From Bdellovibrionales bacterium (GTDB lineage: Bacteria; Bdellovibrionota; Bdellovibrionia; Bdellovibrionales; UBA1609): a stretch of 64,000 nucleotides of DNA. The translations under genes were made by a program, and so were the position numbers. Where the stretch lies: contig OZ241877.1 in NCBI GenBank assembly GCA_965203095.1, forward strand, positions 1,440,001 through 1,504,000, given 5' to 3'. The notes beneath the pieces were generated by a model. The model was not told where the DNA came from and made no database searches. It was given only the letters and a program-made list of their open reading frames with translations. Below, one piece after another: positions 10,268 through 20,611 of the stretch (its first letter is position 1; every line of letters starts with the position of its first letter).

Positions 10268-10460
10268 TAGTCCCCCGTGAAAAACCTCTATAATTTACAA
10301 GGGACTCTTCAGTTTCTTTGCCTAAAGGCCCGTCCCATTTCGGGACGGCAATACCTTGGACCCTCATGTGACGGCCCTTTAGGCAAAAGTCATTGAAAAA
10401 CCTGTCCCTGTAAAAACAGGGAATGAGAGGGTCTTACTGAGGCCTTTTCACGAGGGATTA
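10268..10460. mobile_element. MITE-like composite element (family-A terminal repeats enclosing module B and a REP-like hairpin)
   Basis: Left end TAGTCCCCCGTGAAAAACCTC vs reverse complement of right end TAATCCCTCGTGAAAAGGCCTC; internal hairpin 10316-10389; TCCCTG-TAAAAA-CAGGGA at 10405-10422. Confidence 0.7.
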
Positions 10461-10599
10461 TTTATCCCTAAAAGCAATTTATAGCATAAACTATTCCCAC
10501 TCAAGACATCAGCAAAAAAAGCCGAGAGCTTTTTAGTAAGAGTTTTTTCACAGGTGAGCAATTGTTGGCTTGAGAGTTTACTTGTTCATCATAAACCAG

Positions 10600-11109
10600 C
10601 TAACGGTTGATCCGGCGGGAACGGGATTGAATAGCACGAAGGCTTTTCTTTCTTTTATTTCGTTTTTTAAGCCTTAACCGGCGAATTTTTTGAAATTCTT
10701 TACTGGCTCTGTATTTTTCTCTCTCTTCTTTTGTGGGCTTAGGGACAAATTGATAATCTACAAATTCAATCAAAGCCTTTTGAGCTTGATCTCCTTTGCG
10801 ATAACCCAGTTTAACAATACGAGTGTATCCCCCAGGGCGATCCTTAAACCGCAAAGCCAAATCATTTATTATTTTGGCTACTGTTTTTTTGTCAGGGTAT
10901 TTTGCCAAAAGGGTCCGGCGAGCAGAGAGAGATCCTTTTCGCCCTAAAGTGACTGCTTTTTCCACCATCGGACGAAGGTTTTTGGCCTTAGGCAAAGTGG
11001 TTTTAATTCGTTCTTTTTCCACTAAAGAGCGAACTAAACCTCGAAAAAGGGCCTGGCGAGGGCCTGATTTTAAACCAAAAGAGCTGGTGTGTATTTTGCG
11101 GTGTCTCAT
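10600..11109 (-). CDS. rplQ: 50S ribosomal protein L17 with ~50-aa basic C-terminal extension
   Basis: MRHR..., IKTTLPKAK, RPGGYTRI, R.GD.A; follows rpoA. Confidence 0.97.
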   Translation of the reverse strand: MRHRKIHTSSFGLKSGPRQALFRGLVRSLVEKERIKTTLPKAKNLRPMVEKAVTLGRKGSLSARRTLLAKYPDKKTVAKIINDLALRFKDRPGGYTRIVKLGYRKGDQAQKALIEFVDYQFVPKPTKEEREKYRASKEFQKIRRLRLKKRNKRKKSLRAIQSRSRRINR

Positions 11110-11127
11110 TATTCCTAAGAGGAAAAA

Positions 11128-12672
11128 TCAATTTTCCGAATCCTTTTTGGAGTCATCATTTGAATCTTTTGGAGAATCATCTCCTGAATCTTTTGGAGAA
11201 TCATCTCCTGAATCTTTTTGGGAGTCATCTCCTGAATCTTTTTGGGAGTCATCTCCTGAATCTTTTGGAGAATCATCTCCTGAATCTTTTGGAGAATCAT
11301 CTCCTGAATCTTTTGGAGAATCATCTCCTGAATCTTTTGGAGAATCATCTGAATCCCTTGAAGGATCTTCTGCCGAAGATTCCTTCACATCATCACGAGG
11401 GGCCTCTTGATTTTCCTTTTGAGCCTTTTCTTCTTCAGGCGAAGTGGTGGATGGTGAAGACGACTCTTCATTCAAAATTGAGGATTTTGGATCAAAAGAG
11501 GCCGTCACCTCATCAGGAAAGTGTTTAACAGAAGTGTCCTCAGAGTCATCAAAATCGTTATCAGACTCACTTGCAGGGGCAGGTGGTTTATCAGAGGCTT
11601 TAACATCTTCTCTACGAGGGCTTTTTCCCTCTCCCTCTATTGAAGACTGAAACTCTTTTCTATAAAGGTCTTTAGGTGGCCAGCCCTCTACTTCCATACC
11701 CAAACTCAAACCCATAGTTTTTAAAATCCCTTTAATTTCATTTAGCGATTTTTTACCAAAGTTTTTTGTCCGCAACATTTCTTGCTCTGTTTTTGTGACC
11801 AGATCTCCTATATAGCGGATCCTTGCATTTTTTAAACAGTTGGCACTACGGACAGAAAGCTCTAAATCATCTGCTGGACGGAAAAGATTTTCATCAAAAA
11901 TCTCGCTTTCTTCATCTTGATCATCTTTTACAGGCTCAATATTTTCATCAAAATTCATGAAAACTTCCAACTGTTCTTTTAAAATTTTATAACCTAAAGG
12001 AACAGCCTCCTCAGGTTTTAAAGAAGCATCTGTCCAAACTTCTAAAACTAAAGAATCATAATCTGTCCTCTGGCCAATACTGGCACTGTTGACCGTATAA
12101 TTTACACGGCGAATAGGACTATGGACAGAATCTATAGGAATAAAACCTGCGGGGAGATTTTTTGCCCTCTGCTCGGCCTCCACATAACCTCTGTCAAAAG
12201 AGACTATCATTTCTGCCTCTAACTGGGCTTCATGGTTTAAAGTGGCGATATGGGCTGAAGGGTTTAAAATCTCAATCCCATCGGGGAGTTGAATGTCACT
12301 GGCTCTCACTTCACCAGGACCTTTTTTTAAAATACTAAGATTTTTATTGTTTTCATCACTTTGGCGGAAACATACAGCCTTTAGATTTAAGATAATATCT
12401 GTCACATCCTCTAAAACACCCTCAATACTTGTGAACTCATGAAGCACACCTTTAAAACGAATAGCACTGATAGCAGAGCCCATCATAGAGCTTAAAAGGA
12501 CTCTTCTGATAGAATTCCCCAAAGTGAGGCCAAAGCCCCTTTCTAAAGGACGAACATAAAATTTACCGTAAGTGCTGGTTAAAGAATCTTTATCCACCTC
12601 AAAGCCTTTCGGGCGAATGAGATCTTTCCAGTATTTATAATAATGTTTTGGTAATTCTATTTTGTTTTCCAT
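11128..12672 (-). CDS. rpoA: RNA polymerase alpha subunit with long acidic repeat tail
   Basis: [49 protein letters not shown]; alpha-CTD ends at WPP and is followed by ~180 extra aa. Confidence 0.97.
   Translation of the reverse strand: MENKIELPKHYYKYWKDLIRPKGFEVDKDSLTSTYGKFYVRPLERGFGLTLGNSIRRVLLSSMMGSAISAIRFKGVLHEFTSIEGVLEDVTDIILNLKAVCFRQSDENNKNLSILKKGPGEVRASDIQLPDGIEILNPSAHIATLNHEAQLEAEMIVSFDRGYVEAEQRAKNLPAGFIPIDSVHSPIRRVNYTVNSASIGQRTDYDSLVLEVWTDASLKPEEAVPLGYKILKEQLEVFMNFDENIEPVKDDQDEESEIFDENLFRPADDLELSVRSANCLKNARIRYIGDLVTKTEQEMLRTKNFGKKSLNEIKGILKTMGLSLGMEVEGWPPKDLYRKEFQSSIEGEGKSPRREDVKASDKPPAPASESDNDFDDSEDTSVKHFPDEVTASFDPKSSILNEESSSPSTTSPEEEKAQKENQEAPRDDVKESSAEDPSRDSDDSPKDSGDDSPKDSGDDSPKDSGDDSPKDSGDDSQKDSGDDSQKDSGDDSPKDSGDDSPKDSNDDSKKDSEN
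11137..11355 (-). repeat. 24-nt coding tandem repeat (DSGDDS[P/Q]K) in the rpoA tail
   Basis: Seven near-exact units plus degenerate flanking units. Confidence 0.95.
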
Positions 12673-12703
12673 ATTGATTTTCCCTTTTTATGAGTAGTTT
12701 GAG

Positions 12704-13102
12704 TTAAACCCGCCTTTTCTTTGGAGGACGACAACCATTATGGGGCAAAGGGGTAATGTCTTTAAGTAAAGTCACCTTTAAACCGACATGGGAGATGGCC
12801 CGAACAGCTATTTCCCGACCGGCCCCCGGCCCTTTGATAAAAACCTCTACATTTTTCACCCCCTGCTCTTTAGCTTTTTTAGCGGCATCCTCTGCAACCG
12901 ATTGTGCCACAAAGGGAGTTCCCTTCCGGCTCCCTTTAAACCCCAATAAACCAGAAGAGGACCAACAAAGAGTATTCCCCGCCGGATCCGTAAAAGACAC
13001 CATAGTGTTCCCAAAGCCGGAGTTAATGTAACAGTGCCCAGAGGGAACATTTTTTTTTGCTTTTTTTTTGAGTTTTTTTTTCTTTTTCTTTTCTTCAGCC
13101 AT
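12704..13102 (-). CDS. rpsK: 30S ribosomal protein S11 (poly-Lys N-terminus)
   Basis: [31 protein letters not shown]. Confidence 0.98.
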   Translation of the reverse strand: MAEEKKKKKKLKKKAKKNVPSGHCYINSGFGNTMVSFTDPAGNTLCWSSSGLLGFKGSRKGTPFVAQSVAEDAAKKAKEQGVKNVEVFIKGPGAGREIAVRAISHVGLKVTLLKDITPLPHNGCRPPKKRRV

Positions 13103-13125
13103 TTTTAACCTGTCCTCATTAAAAA

Positions 13126-13500
13126 TTAAACCGCTTTCTTTTTATTGGCCACAGTTTTTCGAGGGCCTTTTCGAGTTCTGGCGTTTTGACGAGAGCTTTG
13201 CCCTCTAACAGGAAGCCCTTTCCGGTGGCGGATCCCCCTCCAACAGGACAGATCCATCAACCGTTTGATGGCCATAGCCTTTTCCCTGCGTTTGTCGCCT
13301 TCCACTTTATAATTTTTTTCAATAATGGAGCGAAGGCTGACCACATCATCGTCCTTCAATTCACGAACTCTGAGAGAATCTTTAAACCCTGCACTTTTAC
13401 AAATCTGCCGGGCTGTTTGAGGCCCTAAGCCATAAATTTTCGTTAAGGCAACGACAAGCCTTTTGTCCTTTGGTAAATCCACTCCAGCCACACGAGCCAT
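13126..13500 (-). CDS. rpsM: 30S ribosomal protein S13
   Basis: [28 protein letters not shown]. Confidence 0.98.
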   Translation of the reverse strand: MARVAGVDLPKDKRLVVALTKIYGLGPQTARQICKSAGFKDSLRVRELKDDDVVSLRSIIEKNYKVEGDKRREKAMAIKRLMDLSCWRGIRHRKGLPVRGQSSRQNARTRKGPRKTVANKKKAV

Positions 13501-13503
13501 AAT

Positions 13504-13617
13504 TTAACCCTGCCTTTGCTTGTGTTTAGGGTTTTTACAAATCACCCTCAAAGCCCCTTTTCTCTGAATGACACGGCAATCCTTGCAAATTTTTTTTACA
13601 GAAGCCCTTACCTTCAT
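13504..13617 (-). CDS. rpmJ: 50S ribosomal protein L36, Zn-binding form (absent from the ORF track)
   Basis: Manual translation [37 protein letters not shown]. Confidence 0.97.
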   Translation of the reverse strand: MKVRASVKKICKDCRVIQRKGALRVICKNPKHKQRQG

Positions 13618-13687
13618 AATTCCGCCTTAAAGGTTGGAAACTTAACACCATTTGAAGGGCAAGTCTATAGTATTTTTAAAATTTATT

Positions 13688-14383
13688 TTAATTTTTTTTA
13701 TTCTTTCCTGGATTCTTGCTTTCGCGGGAACGACTGAGCTTTTGGGCAAGATGGCTCAAAATATGGCTAAAAACCTCATTTTCAGGCCGTCCGGCAGGAA
13801 TCACTTTTAAAAGATTTCTGTTTTTGTAATGTTCTAAAAGAGGTTGAACGGTCTTATAAAAGACCTTTAAGCGAGCACGCAAAATCTCTTCTTTGTCATC
13901 CGATCGGGCAATTAAGGCTTCACCAGACTTATCACAAACCCCCGCCTTTTTTGGGGGCCGGCTTTTGATATGATAGACTAAACCACTTTGAGGAGCAAAG
14001 CGACGGCCGGAAAGCCTCTCCACAACCTGATCTTCGGGGATTTCCAAAAAAAACACTTTGTCTAAAAGCCAATGCTTTGGCTGTAATATCTTACTTAAGG
14101 CCTCCGCTTGAGATATATTCCTGGGGTATCCATCAAACACAAAGCCTTTTCCCGGCAAGGCATTTTGTAAAAAAGCCTCAACCATTTCATTAGTAATGGC
14201 ATCGGGAACTAACTGGCCTTTGTCGATATACAGTTGAGCTTGCTGGCCCAGGGGGCTTTTTTCTTTTAAATTTTGCCGAAACAGATGGCCTGTGCTCAAG
14301 TGCTGAAGGCCCTTTTCCTCCACTAACTTTTCCGCTTGGGTCCCTTTGCCAGAACCTGGAGCACCAATTAAAAGAATATTCAT
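13688..14383 (-). CDS. adk: Adenylate kinase
   Basis: GAPGSGKGTQA, HLSTG, DGYPR, LID region RLSGRR, RSDD. Confidence 0.97.
   Translation of the reverse strand: MNILLIGAPGSGKGTQAEKLVEEKGLQHLSTGHLFRQNLKEKSPLGQQAQLYIDKGQLVPDAITNEMVEAFLQNALPGKGFVFDGYPRNISQAEALSKILQPKHWLLDKVFFLEIPEDQVVERLSGRRFAPQSGLVYHIKSRPPKKAGVCDKSGEALIARSDDKEEILRARLKVFYKTVQPLLEHYKNRNLLKVIPAGRPENEVFSHILSHLAQKLSRSRESKNPGKNKKN
13708..13734 (-). repeat. REP/RPE-like palindrome (module C) inside the adk 3' end
   Basis: Minus strand GTCGTTCCCGCGAAAGCAAGAATCCAG; related copies at 24865, 28168 and 29453. Confidence 0.8.
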
Positions 14384-15696
14384 TAAAAACGAACCCGCCG
14401 GCTTTTAATGCGAACACCTTTAACCATGCCCTCATAGCGAGCCGTCAAAAGATGAGACTGTATTTGCTGGGCCGTGTCCAAAGCCACACCAACCAAAATG
14501 AGCAAACTGGTCCCACCAAAATAAAAAGGGACTTTAAACTGATCAATCAAAAGATTGGGCATGACACACACAGCAGAAAGGTAAATCGCACCGGCCACAG
14601 TCAGACGATCCAAAATCTTTTTTACATACTCTGAAGTGGATGGCCCGGCCCGGATACCGGGGATAAAGCCCCCATGTTTTTTTAAATTGTCAGCCATTTC
14701 ATTGGGGTTAAATACGGCCTCCGTGTAAAAAAAGCAGAGAAAGATAATCAACACAACAAATAAAATGTTAAAAAGGGATCCTGTGAGCGAAAAGGACTCC
14801 TGAAGCTTTTGTGCCCATTCCGCTTGTGTGAATTGGGCGATTGTTGAGGGGAACAACAGCAAACTGGAGGCAAAAATAGGGGGGATCACACCTGCAAAAT
14901 TGAGTTTTAGGGGGAGATGGCTCATCTGGGCAGAAGGCTGTTTATTGCCTAAAGCCCTTTGGGAATATTGAACGGGAATTCGCCTTTGGCCTGTTTCTAA
15001 AAAAATAATCACCCCCACCATGAGAATCATAAATAAAACCAAGGCGATGGAAAACCCACCACTCATTTCCCCTTTTTGAACAATAGACCATAAGTTGGCA
15101 GTTCCTTGGGGAATACCTGCCGCAATACCTGCAAAAATCAAAAGGCTGGCCCCATTGCCAACGCCTTTCTCATTGATTTGCTCCCCAAGCCACATGAGCA
15201 GGCAACTTCCTGCTGTTAAAGTCATAATGGTAAAAAGCTGAAAAGGGATAAAACCAAAGTGGGTGATGGCAATAATGGATTCACTTCCGAAAAAACCACG
15301 AGAGAGGCCATAAGCTTGAAATATAGCCAGCAGGACTGTTGCGTAGCGGGTGTATTGGTTGATCTTTTTTCTCCCCGATTCTCCTTCTTTTTTTAACTGC
15401 TCAAGGTAGGGGACTCCCGTTTGCAAGAGCTGGAAAATAATGGATGCAGTGATATAGGGGATAATGCCTAAAGCCAAAATGCTAAACTGCTCCAAAGCTC
15501 CGCCGGTAAAGGTATTTAAGAGGCCAAAAACCCCTCCGCCCCTTTGGGCAAAAGCCTCCATAACGGCCTCCCGATCCACTCCGGGAGTGGGAATTTGTGC
15601 ACCCACACGGTAAATTACCAAAACTCCTATAGTGAACAGGATTTTGTTTTTTAGCTCTTTCGGAAAAGAAAAATTGGAGGGAAGTCGTGGTTCCAT
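14383..15696 (-). CDS. secY: Preprotein translocase subunit SecY
   Basis: SILALGIIPYITASII, WLGEQI..GVGNGASLLIF, GVIPPIFA, IPGIRAG, GGTSLLILVGV. Confidence 0.98.
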   Translation of the reverse strand: MEPRLPSNFSFPKELKNKILFTIGVLVIYRVGAQIPTPGVDREAVMEAFAQRGGGVFGLLNTFTGGALEQFSILALGIIPYITASIIFQLLQTGVPYLEQLKKEGESGRKKINQYTRYATVLLAIFQAYGLSRGFFGSESIIAITHFGFIPFQLFTIMTLTAGSCLLMWLGEQINEKGVGNGASLLIFAGIAAGIPQGTANLWSIVQKGEMSGGFSIALVLFMILMVGVIIFLETGQRRIPVQYSQRALGNKQPSAQMSHLPLKLNFAGVIPPIFASSLLLFPSTIAQFTQAEWAQKLQESFSLTGSLFNILFVVLIIFLCFFYTEAVFNPNEMADNLKKHGGFIPGIRAGPSTSEYVKKILDRLTVAGAIYLSAVCVMPNLLIDQFKVPFYFGGTSLLILVGVALDTAQQIQSHLLTARYEGMVKGVRIKSRRVRF

Positions 15697-15707
15697 AATT
15701 TTTTACA

Positions 15708-16154
15708 CTATTTTTTCTGCAAAGTGATAGCTTGACCACCTGCTTTTTGGATCTGTTCTTTGGCTTTTTGGCTAAACTTATGTGCCCGGATCTGAAGAGG
15801 CTTAGTAATTTTCCCTTTAGCTAAAATTTTGATTTTTTTGTTTTCCCTCACATAGCCTTTTTGCACTAAAACTTCTGGAGTCACTTCCCCCTCCATTGAG
15901 TTGAGCTGAGCTAAGTTTATAATTTCATACTCTTTTTTAAAGGGAGCATTGGTCCAACCCATCTTAGGGAGCCGTCGCGATAAAGGCATAGCCCCTCCCT
16001 CAAAACCAGCTGGCAAGTTCCCGCTCTTTCTGGCTCTCTGGCCTTTATGACCTCTTCCCGAAGTCCCACCTTTGCCAGAACCTTTTCCCCGTCCCACTCG
16101 CTTTTTCTGTTTTTTAGATCCTGGATAAAAACTCAATTCCGAAAGCAAACTCAT
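15708..16154 (-). CDS. rplO: 50S ribosomal protein L15
   Basis: [31 protein letters not shown]. Confidence 0.97.
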   Translation of the reverse strand: MSLLSELSFYPGSKKQKKRVGRGKGSGKGGTSGRGHKGQRARKSGNLPAGFEGGAMPLSRRLPKMGWTNAPFKKEYEIINLAQLNSMEGEVTPEVLVQKGYVRENKKIKILAKGKITKPLQIRAHKFSQKAKEQIQKAGGQAITLQKK

Positions 16155-16651
16155 GTTTCCTCTTTTTTGTTAGGTTGAGCCTCTTCCTCAGAATTTTTAT
16201 CAGGAAGAGCTGACAGTTGAGAAAGACCAGCAAAAGCCGCCTTGACCACATTGTGAGGATTGCGACTCCCCACCCTTTTAGACAAAATATCCTTCACACC
16301 CAAACACTCTAAAACAGCTCTCACCGGGCCTCCGGCAATCAGTCCAGTTCCCGGTCCTGCTGGTTTTAAAATCACTTTTGCCGCCCCAAAAACGCCCGTC
16401 ACCTGATGAGGAATAGTCCGGCCATCCAATAAATTATAACAAGATAAAGCCTTTTTAGCCGACCGGCTGGCTTTGCCAATGGATTCAGGAACTTCCCCAG
16501 CTTTACCCATCCCTACGCCGGCCTTGCCCTTCCCATCTCCTGCCACAACTAAGGCGGAAAAGGAAAAGTGACGGCCCCCTTTAACCACTTTAGTCACGCG
16601 GTTAATGGCCACCACTCGTTCATTCAATTCTTGTTCATATTGATCCTTCAT
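16151..16651 (-). CDS. rpsE: 30S ribosomal protein S5
   Basis: [21 protein letters not shown]. Confidence 0.97.
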   Translation of the reverse strand: MKDQYEQELNERVVAINRVTKVVKGGRHFSFSALVVAGDGKGKAGVGMGKAGEVPESIGKASRSAKKALSCYNLLDGRTIPHQVTGVFGAAKVILKPAGPGTGLIAGGPVRAVLECLGVKDILSKRVGSRNPHNVVKAAFAGLSQLSALPDKNSEEEAQPNKKEET

Positions 16652-16686
16652 GTTTTTCCTTTCGTAAATTTTTTTACAGTTTGCCC

Positions 16687-17061
16687 TTAAAATTTAAGGC
16701 CAGCAGATCGTGCTCCCTCTGCCAGGGCCTTTACCCGCCCATGATAAATAAAACCTCCACGGTCAAAAACCACTTGAGTTATTTTTTTATCTAAAGCTTT
16801 TTTTGCCAAAACTTGACCTGTTTTTTTTGCCTGATCCATCGGAGACTTCTTCTTCCCCTTTAAACTTAAAGAGGAGGAAGAACAAAGAGTAATTTCCTTT
16901 GTGTCATCAATAATTTGCCCGTAAATATGTTTTCCACTTCGGAACACATTGAGGCGAGGGGCTGAAGGGGTTCCAAAAACCTTTTTCCTCACCCGTGCTT
17001 TATTTCTCAAACGTTTTTGAATTTTTAAAGCCTGCTTTTTTTTAAATTGGATCCGTATCAT
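16687..17061 (-). CDS. rplR: 50S ribosomal protein L18
   Basis: [26 protein letters not shown]. Confidence 0.97.
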   Translation of the reverse strand: MIRIQFKKKQALKIQKRLRNKARVRKKVFGTPSAPRLNVFRSGKHIYGQIIDDTKEITLCSSSSLSLKGKKKSPMDQAKKTGQVLAKKALDKKITQVVFDRGGFIYHGRVKALAEGARSAGLKF

Positions 17062-17612
17062 TTCTTTTTATCTCCTCCACCAGATTTTCCGGCCTTCCGG
17101 CGAACCCGCTCATCAGAATAACGAACCCCTTTAGCCAAATAAGGCTCAACGGGCCTGTAGCTTCTTATCTGATGAGCCGTTAGGCCCACAAGCTCTTTAT
17201 CCACTCCATGGATATGGAGTCGAGTTTGCTTTTCCACTTTAATTTCAATCCCCTGAGGAATGTTATAGACTATGGGATGAGAAAAGCCAAGATTTAACTC
17301 TAACTTAGTGCCGGATAAACTGGCTTTATAACCCACACCGTTTAACTCTAAAGACTTTTTCCAACCTTTAGAAAGCCCTGTGACCGCATTTTGGATTAAA
17401 GCTCTACTCAAACCGTGAAGAGAGCGAGTCCTCCTATCCTCTTGAGAACGAACAATAAAAGCTGTGCCTCCTTCCTGCTTTAACTTCAAATTTTGTGGCA
17501 AAGGGATTTTAAGAGATTTCCCGTTCCCTTGAATGAGGACTTGCTGGTCTCCTTCCATACTCAACTGGATTCCCTTTTCTATTTTAATGGCCTGATTCCC
17601 TATTCTGGACAT
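17058..17612 (-). CDS. rplF: 50S ribosomal protein L6
   Basis: MSRIG, GVGYKA, LGFSHP, EPY..KGVRY. Confidence 0.97.
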   Translation of the reverse strand: MSRIGNQAIKIEKGIQLSMEGDQQVLIQGNGKSLKIPLPQNLKLKQEGGTAFIVRSQEDRRTRSLHGLSRALIQNAVTGLSKGWKKSLELNGVGYKASLSGTKLELNLGFSHPIVYNIPQGIEIKVEKQTRLHIHGVDKELVGLTAHQIRSYRPVEPYLAKGVRYSDERVRRKAGKSGGGDKKK

Positions 17613-17705
17613 AGTTCCCTCTGTAAAAAATGTTTTATTGACGAACTTCCCATTGCATTTTTAAGTTCTCTCCAAAAAGATCCTATTTGTAAAAATTTAA
17701 AAAAA

Positions 17706-18095
17706 TCACCAAACCTCACACAAAAGCTCTCCACCTACTTTTTTCTTCCGGGCTTCTCTCCCGCTCAAAATTCCCTGATGAGTGCTCAAGATAGTCAAGC
17801 CATAGCCAGAGCGAACATCTTGAATATCCTTAGCTTTAACATAGCATCGGAGAGAGGGCCGGCTGAGCCTTCGGATGGACTTAATGGCTGAGACTTGCTT
17901 TTCATCATATTTCAAATAAACCCTCATTGTCCCCTGTTTGCCATCCTCCACAAAGCTATAACCACGAATATAACCATATTGCTTAAGCTTGCCAGCAATA
18001 TTTTTCCTGATATTTGAGCTGGGAATATCCACTTTTTGTTTGCCAGCAGAAATACCGTTTCTAATACAGGTTAAAAAATCTCCAATACTATCCAT
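17706..18095 (-). CDS. rpsH: 30S ribosomal protein S8
   Basis: D.IGDFLT.IRN, SRPSLR.Y, GGELLCEVW. Confidence 0.97.
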   Translation of the reverse strand: MDSIGDFLTCIRNGISAGKQKVDIPSSNIRKNIAGKLKQYGYIRGYSFVEDGKQGTMRVYLKYDEKQVSAIKSIRRLSRPSLRCYVKAKDIQDVRSGYGLTILSTHQGILSGREARKKKVGGELLCEVW

Positions 18096-18110
18096 AAAAA
18101 TCCCCCTCCT

Positions 18111-18650
18111 TCATCCTCTAAAAGGAAAAGTTAAAAAAGAAAGCAAATCTTTGGCCGGCTCGTCCGTAGTGGCCGAAGTGTTGATGGAAATATTCATCCC
18201 ACGGATGGACTCCACTTTGTCGTAATTGATTTCTGGAAACACGATATGCTCCTTCAAGCCCATATTGTAATTGCCTCGCCCATCAAAACCCTTAGGGGAA
18301 AGCCCCCTAAAATCACGAACCTTAGGCAAAGCAAAGTGAGTTAAACGATCAAAAAAAGACCACATAAGAGCCCTTCTTAAAGTCACCATCGCACCAATAG
18401 GCATCCCCTCCCGCAATTTAAAATTGGAGATGGCTTTTTTAGCCTTTGTGATTACAGCTTTTTGCCCGGCAATCAAACTTAAGTCTTCTTGAACTGCATT
18501 TAAAATTTTAGGATTTTTTACCGCCTGGCTAACACACATACTTAAAACAATTTTTGTGATTTTAGGGATCTGCATATCACTTTTGTATTTCCATTTCTCC
18601 TTCAACTGGGAACGGGCCTTTTTTTCATAAAGATCTCTTGAGATAGACAT
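18111..18650 (-). CDS. rplE: 50S ribosomal protein L5
   Basis: [32 protein letters not shown]. Confidence 0.97.
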   Translation of the reverse strand: MSISRDLYEKKARSQLKEKWKYKSDMQIPKITKIVLSMCVSQAVKNPKILNAVQEDLSLIAGQKAVITKAKKAISNFKLREGMPIGAMVTLRRALMWSFFDRLTHFALPKVRDFRGLSPKGFDGRGNYNMGLKEHIVFPEINYDKVESIRGMNISINTSATTDEPAKDLLSFLTFPFRG

Positions 18651-19019
18651 TTACACAAGCTCCGGTGCCATGGAAATAATTTTTACAAAATTTTTATGCC
18701 TCAACTCACGAGCTACGGGACCAAAAATTCTTGTCCCCACAGGTTCTTTGTTGGCACTAATCAAAACCGCTGAGTTTTCATCAAAGCGAAGGGCTGTGCC
18801 ATCCGGCCGGCGGATCTGATGAGTTGTCCGGATAATCACCGCACGGGCCTTGTCCCCCTTTTTCATCTTGGAGTTGGGCATAGCACTTTTGACAGAAACC
18901 ACCACAATATCACCCACACCGGCTGTCCGGCGACGGGTTCCTCCTAAAACTTTAATACATTGCACCCATCGGGCTCCTGAATTATCCGCCACTTTTAATT
19001 GACTCTGCATTTGAATCAT
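18651..19019 (-). CDS. rplN: 50S ribosomal protein L14
   Basis: [23 protein letters not shown]. Confidence 0.98.
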   Translation of the reverse strand: MIQMQSQLKVADNSGARWVQCIKVLGGTRRRTAGVGDIVVVSVKSAMPNSKMKKGDKARAVIIRTTHQIRRPDGTALRFDENSAVLISANKEPVGTRIFGPVARELRHKNFVKIISMAPELV

Positions 19020-19055
19020 TATTTCTCCTTAGTTTAAATCTTTGTCTGGATCCCA

Positions 19056-19325
19056 TTATGACTTCCCTTTTTGAGATGAAATAATATTCTTTAGTTTCCA
19101 TCTTTTGGTTTTACTTAAAGCTCTACTCTCAAAGATTTGAACAATATCCCCTGTTTGAGCCTGGTTCTTTTCATCATGAACCTTAAAGACAGAAGTCTTT
19201 TTTATATATTTTTTATATTTGGGATGCTTAACAAAATGATGAATTAAAACAGAGATGGTTTTATCCATTTTTGAGGATAAAGCTCTGCCTGTAAAAATTC
19301 TTTTCCGGCCCCTGAGTTGGTTCAT
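19056..19325 (-). CDS. rpsQ: 30S ribosomal protein S17
   Basis: SKMDKTI, HPKYKK, HDEKN, LSKTKRW. Confidence 0.96.
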   Translation of the reverse strand: MNQLRGRKRIFTGRALSSKMDKTISVLIHHFVKHPKYKKYIKKTSVFKVHDEKNQAQTGDIVQIFESRALSKTKRWKLKNIISSQKGKS

Positions 19326-19531
19326 TTTGACCCTCCGGACATATTATTTCTTTTTAAAGAAAGAACGGTTTGAACACGGGCTATATCTCTCCTTAAAGAG
19401 CGAAGGATTAAGGGGTTGCTCAGCCTTTGCATTTTGAGTTGCATGCGGGAGTCAAAAAGCTCTTTCCTCAGTTGAGAGAGGCGGATCCTCAGTTCTTTTT
19501 CCTCTAAATGGGCTATTTCTGAAAACTTCAT
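19322..19531 (-). CDS. rpmC: 50S ribosomal protein L29
   Basis: LRKELF..RMQ, RRDIARV.T; operon position. Confidence 0.93.
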   Translation of the reverse strand: MKFSEIAHLEEKELRIRLSQLRKELFDSRMQLKMQRLSNPLILRSLRRDIARVQTVLSLKRNNMSGGSK

Positions 19532-19542
19532 TTATATTACCC

Positions 19543-19953
19543 TCAAATATTCCTTTCCACAAACCGGCACTTAAATGGCAATTTGTGACTGGCTAAACGA
19601 AAGGCCTCTTTGGCCTGCTTTAGTGTGACACCACTAATTTCAAATAAAATTCTTCCAGGGTGAATGGTGGCTGTCCAAAACTCCACATCTCCTTTTCCCG
19701 AACCCATACGAGTTTCCAAAGGCTTTTTAGTGATAGGGCGATCGGGAAAAACGCGAATCCAAAGCTTCCCCCCCCTTTTGACATGGCGGGAGATAGCGAT
19801 CCGGCCAGCTTCAATTTGGCGATCGGTCATCCGGCCCGGGCTGAGACTCGCCAGGCCATAGTCTCCAAAAGAGAGGCTTGTCCCCCCTTTGGCCAAACCT
19901 TTGAATTTTGCACGGTGTTGCCTTCTCCATTTGATTTTCTTAGGGCTGAGCAA
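19543..19953 (-). CDS. rplP: 50S ribosomal protein L16
   Basis: [23 protein letters not shown]. Confidence 0.97.
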   Translation of the reverse strand: MLSPKKIKWRRQHRAKFKGLAKGGTSLSFGDYGLASLSPGRMTDRQIEAGRIAISRHVKRGGKLWIRVFPDRPITKKPLETRMGSGKGDVEFWTATIHPGRILFEISGVTLKQAKEAFRLASHKLPFKCRFVERNI

Positions 19954-20608
19954 TGTTCTCCTCCTTTTTTATCTCTTTACTTCTATAAAAATCCGCATGA
20001 TAGATCCAAACCTTTACCCCTGTAGTTCCATAAGTTGTAAAAGCGGTAGCTGAGCCATAATCAATGTTGGCCCTCAAAGTGTGTAAGGGCACTTGCTTTT
20101 CATTATACCATTCGGCCCGGGCAATTTCCGCCCCGTCCAAACGGCCCGCCACCCGTGCTTTAATACCTCGGACACCTCGCCGGGTCGCTCCCGCTATGGC
20201 TTTTTTTACAGCTCTCCTCCAGGAGACTCGCTTTTCCAACTGAAGAGCAATATTTTCTGCCACTAACTGGGCATCTATATCGGGTTTTCTCACTTCATGA
20301 ACATCCACTATCACCTTATTAGGGGTTTGTTTCTGAATGTCTTCTGTAAGCAAGTCAATACCTGCCCCCTTTTTTCCAATCACAATGCCCGGGCGGGATG
20401 TATAAATGAGCAATTTGACATGATTGACTGTCCTTTCAATTTCTATCCTGGAGACCCCGGCTCCTTTGAGCTTTTTTTTCACATAAGCCCTTAAGAGATA
20501 ATCCTCTTTAATGTTAGCAGAAAACTTTCTGCCTTTCACGAACCATCGGGATCGCCAAGTAAAAATCACCCCCAGCCTCAATCCAATAGGATTTACTTTT
20601 TGACCCAC
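19940..20608 (-). CDS. rpsC: 30S ribosomal protein S3
   Basis: [44 protein letters not shown]. Confidence 0.98.
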   Translation of the reverse strand: MGQKVNPIGLRLGVIFTWRSRWFVKGRKFSANIKEDYLLRAYVKKKLKGAGVSRIEIERTVNHVKLLIYTSRPGIVIGKKGAGIDLLTEDIQKQTPNKVIVDVHEVRKPDIDAQLVAENIALQLEKRVSWRRAVKKAIAGATRRGVRGIKARVAGRLDGAEIARAEWYNEKQVPLHTLRANIDYGSATAFTTYGTTGVKVWIYHADFYRSKEIKKEENIAQP

Positions 20609-20611
20609 AAC

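Noticed and set aside
11137..11355. CRISPR-like or other non-coding array in the 24-nt repeats (also 23790-24072 and 57066-57260)
   Set aside because: Units are contiguous without unique spacers, lengths are multiples of 3 and in frame within proteins; no cas genes
11115..11528. Alternative-frame repeat ORFs (MILQKIQE..., LLENHLLN...)
   Set aside because: By-products of the stop-free rpoA repeat
17613..17705. Hidden rpsN in the rpsH-rplF gap
   Set aside because: Only 93 nt, too short for S14, and no matching motif
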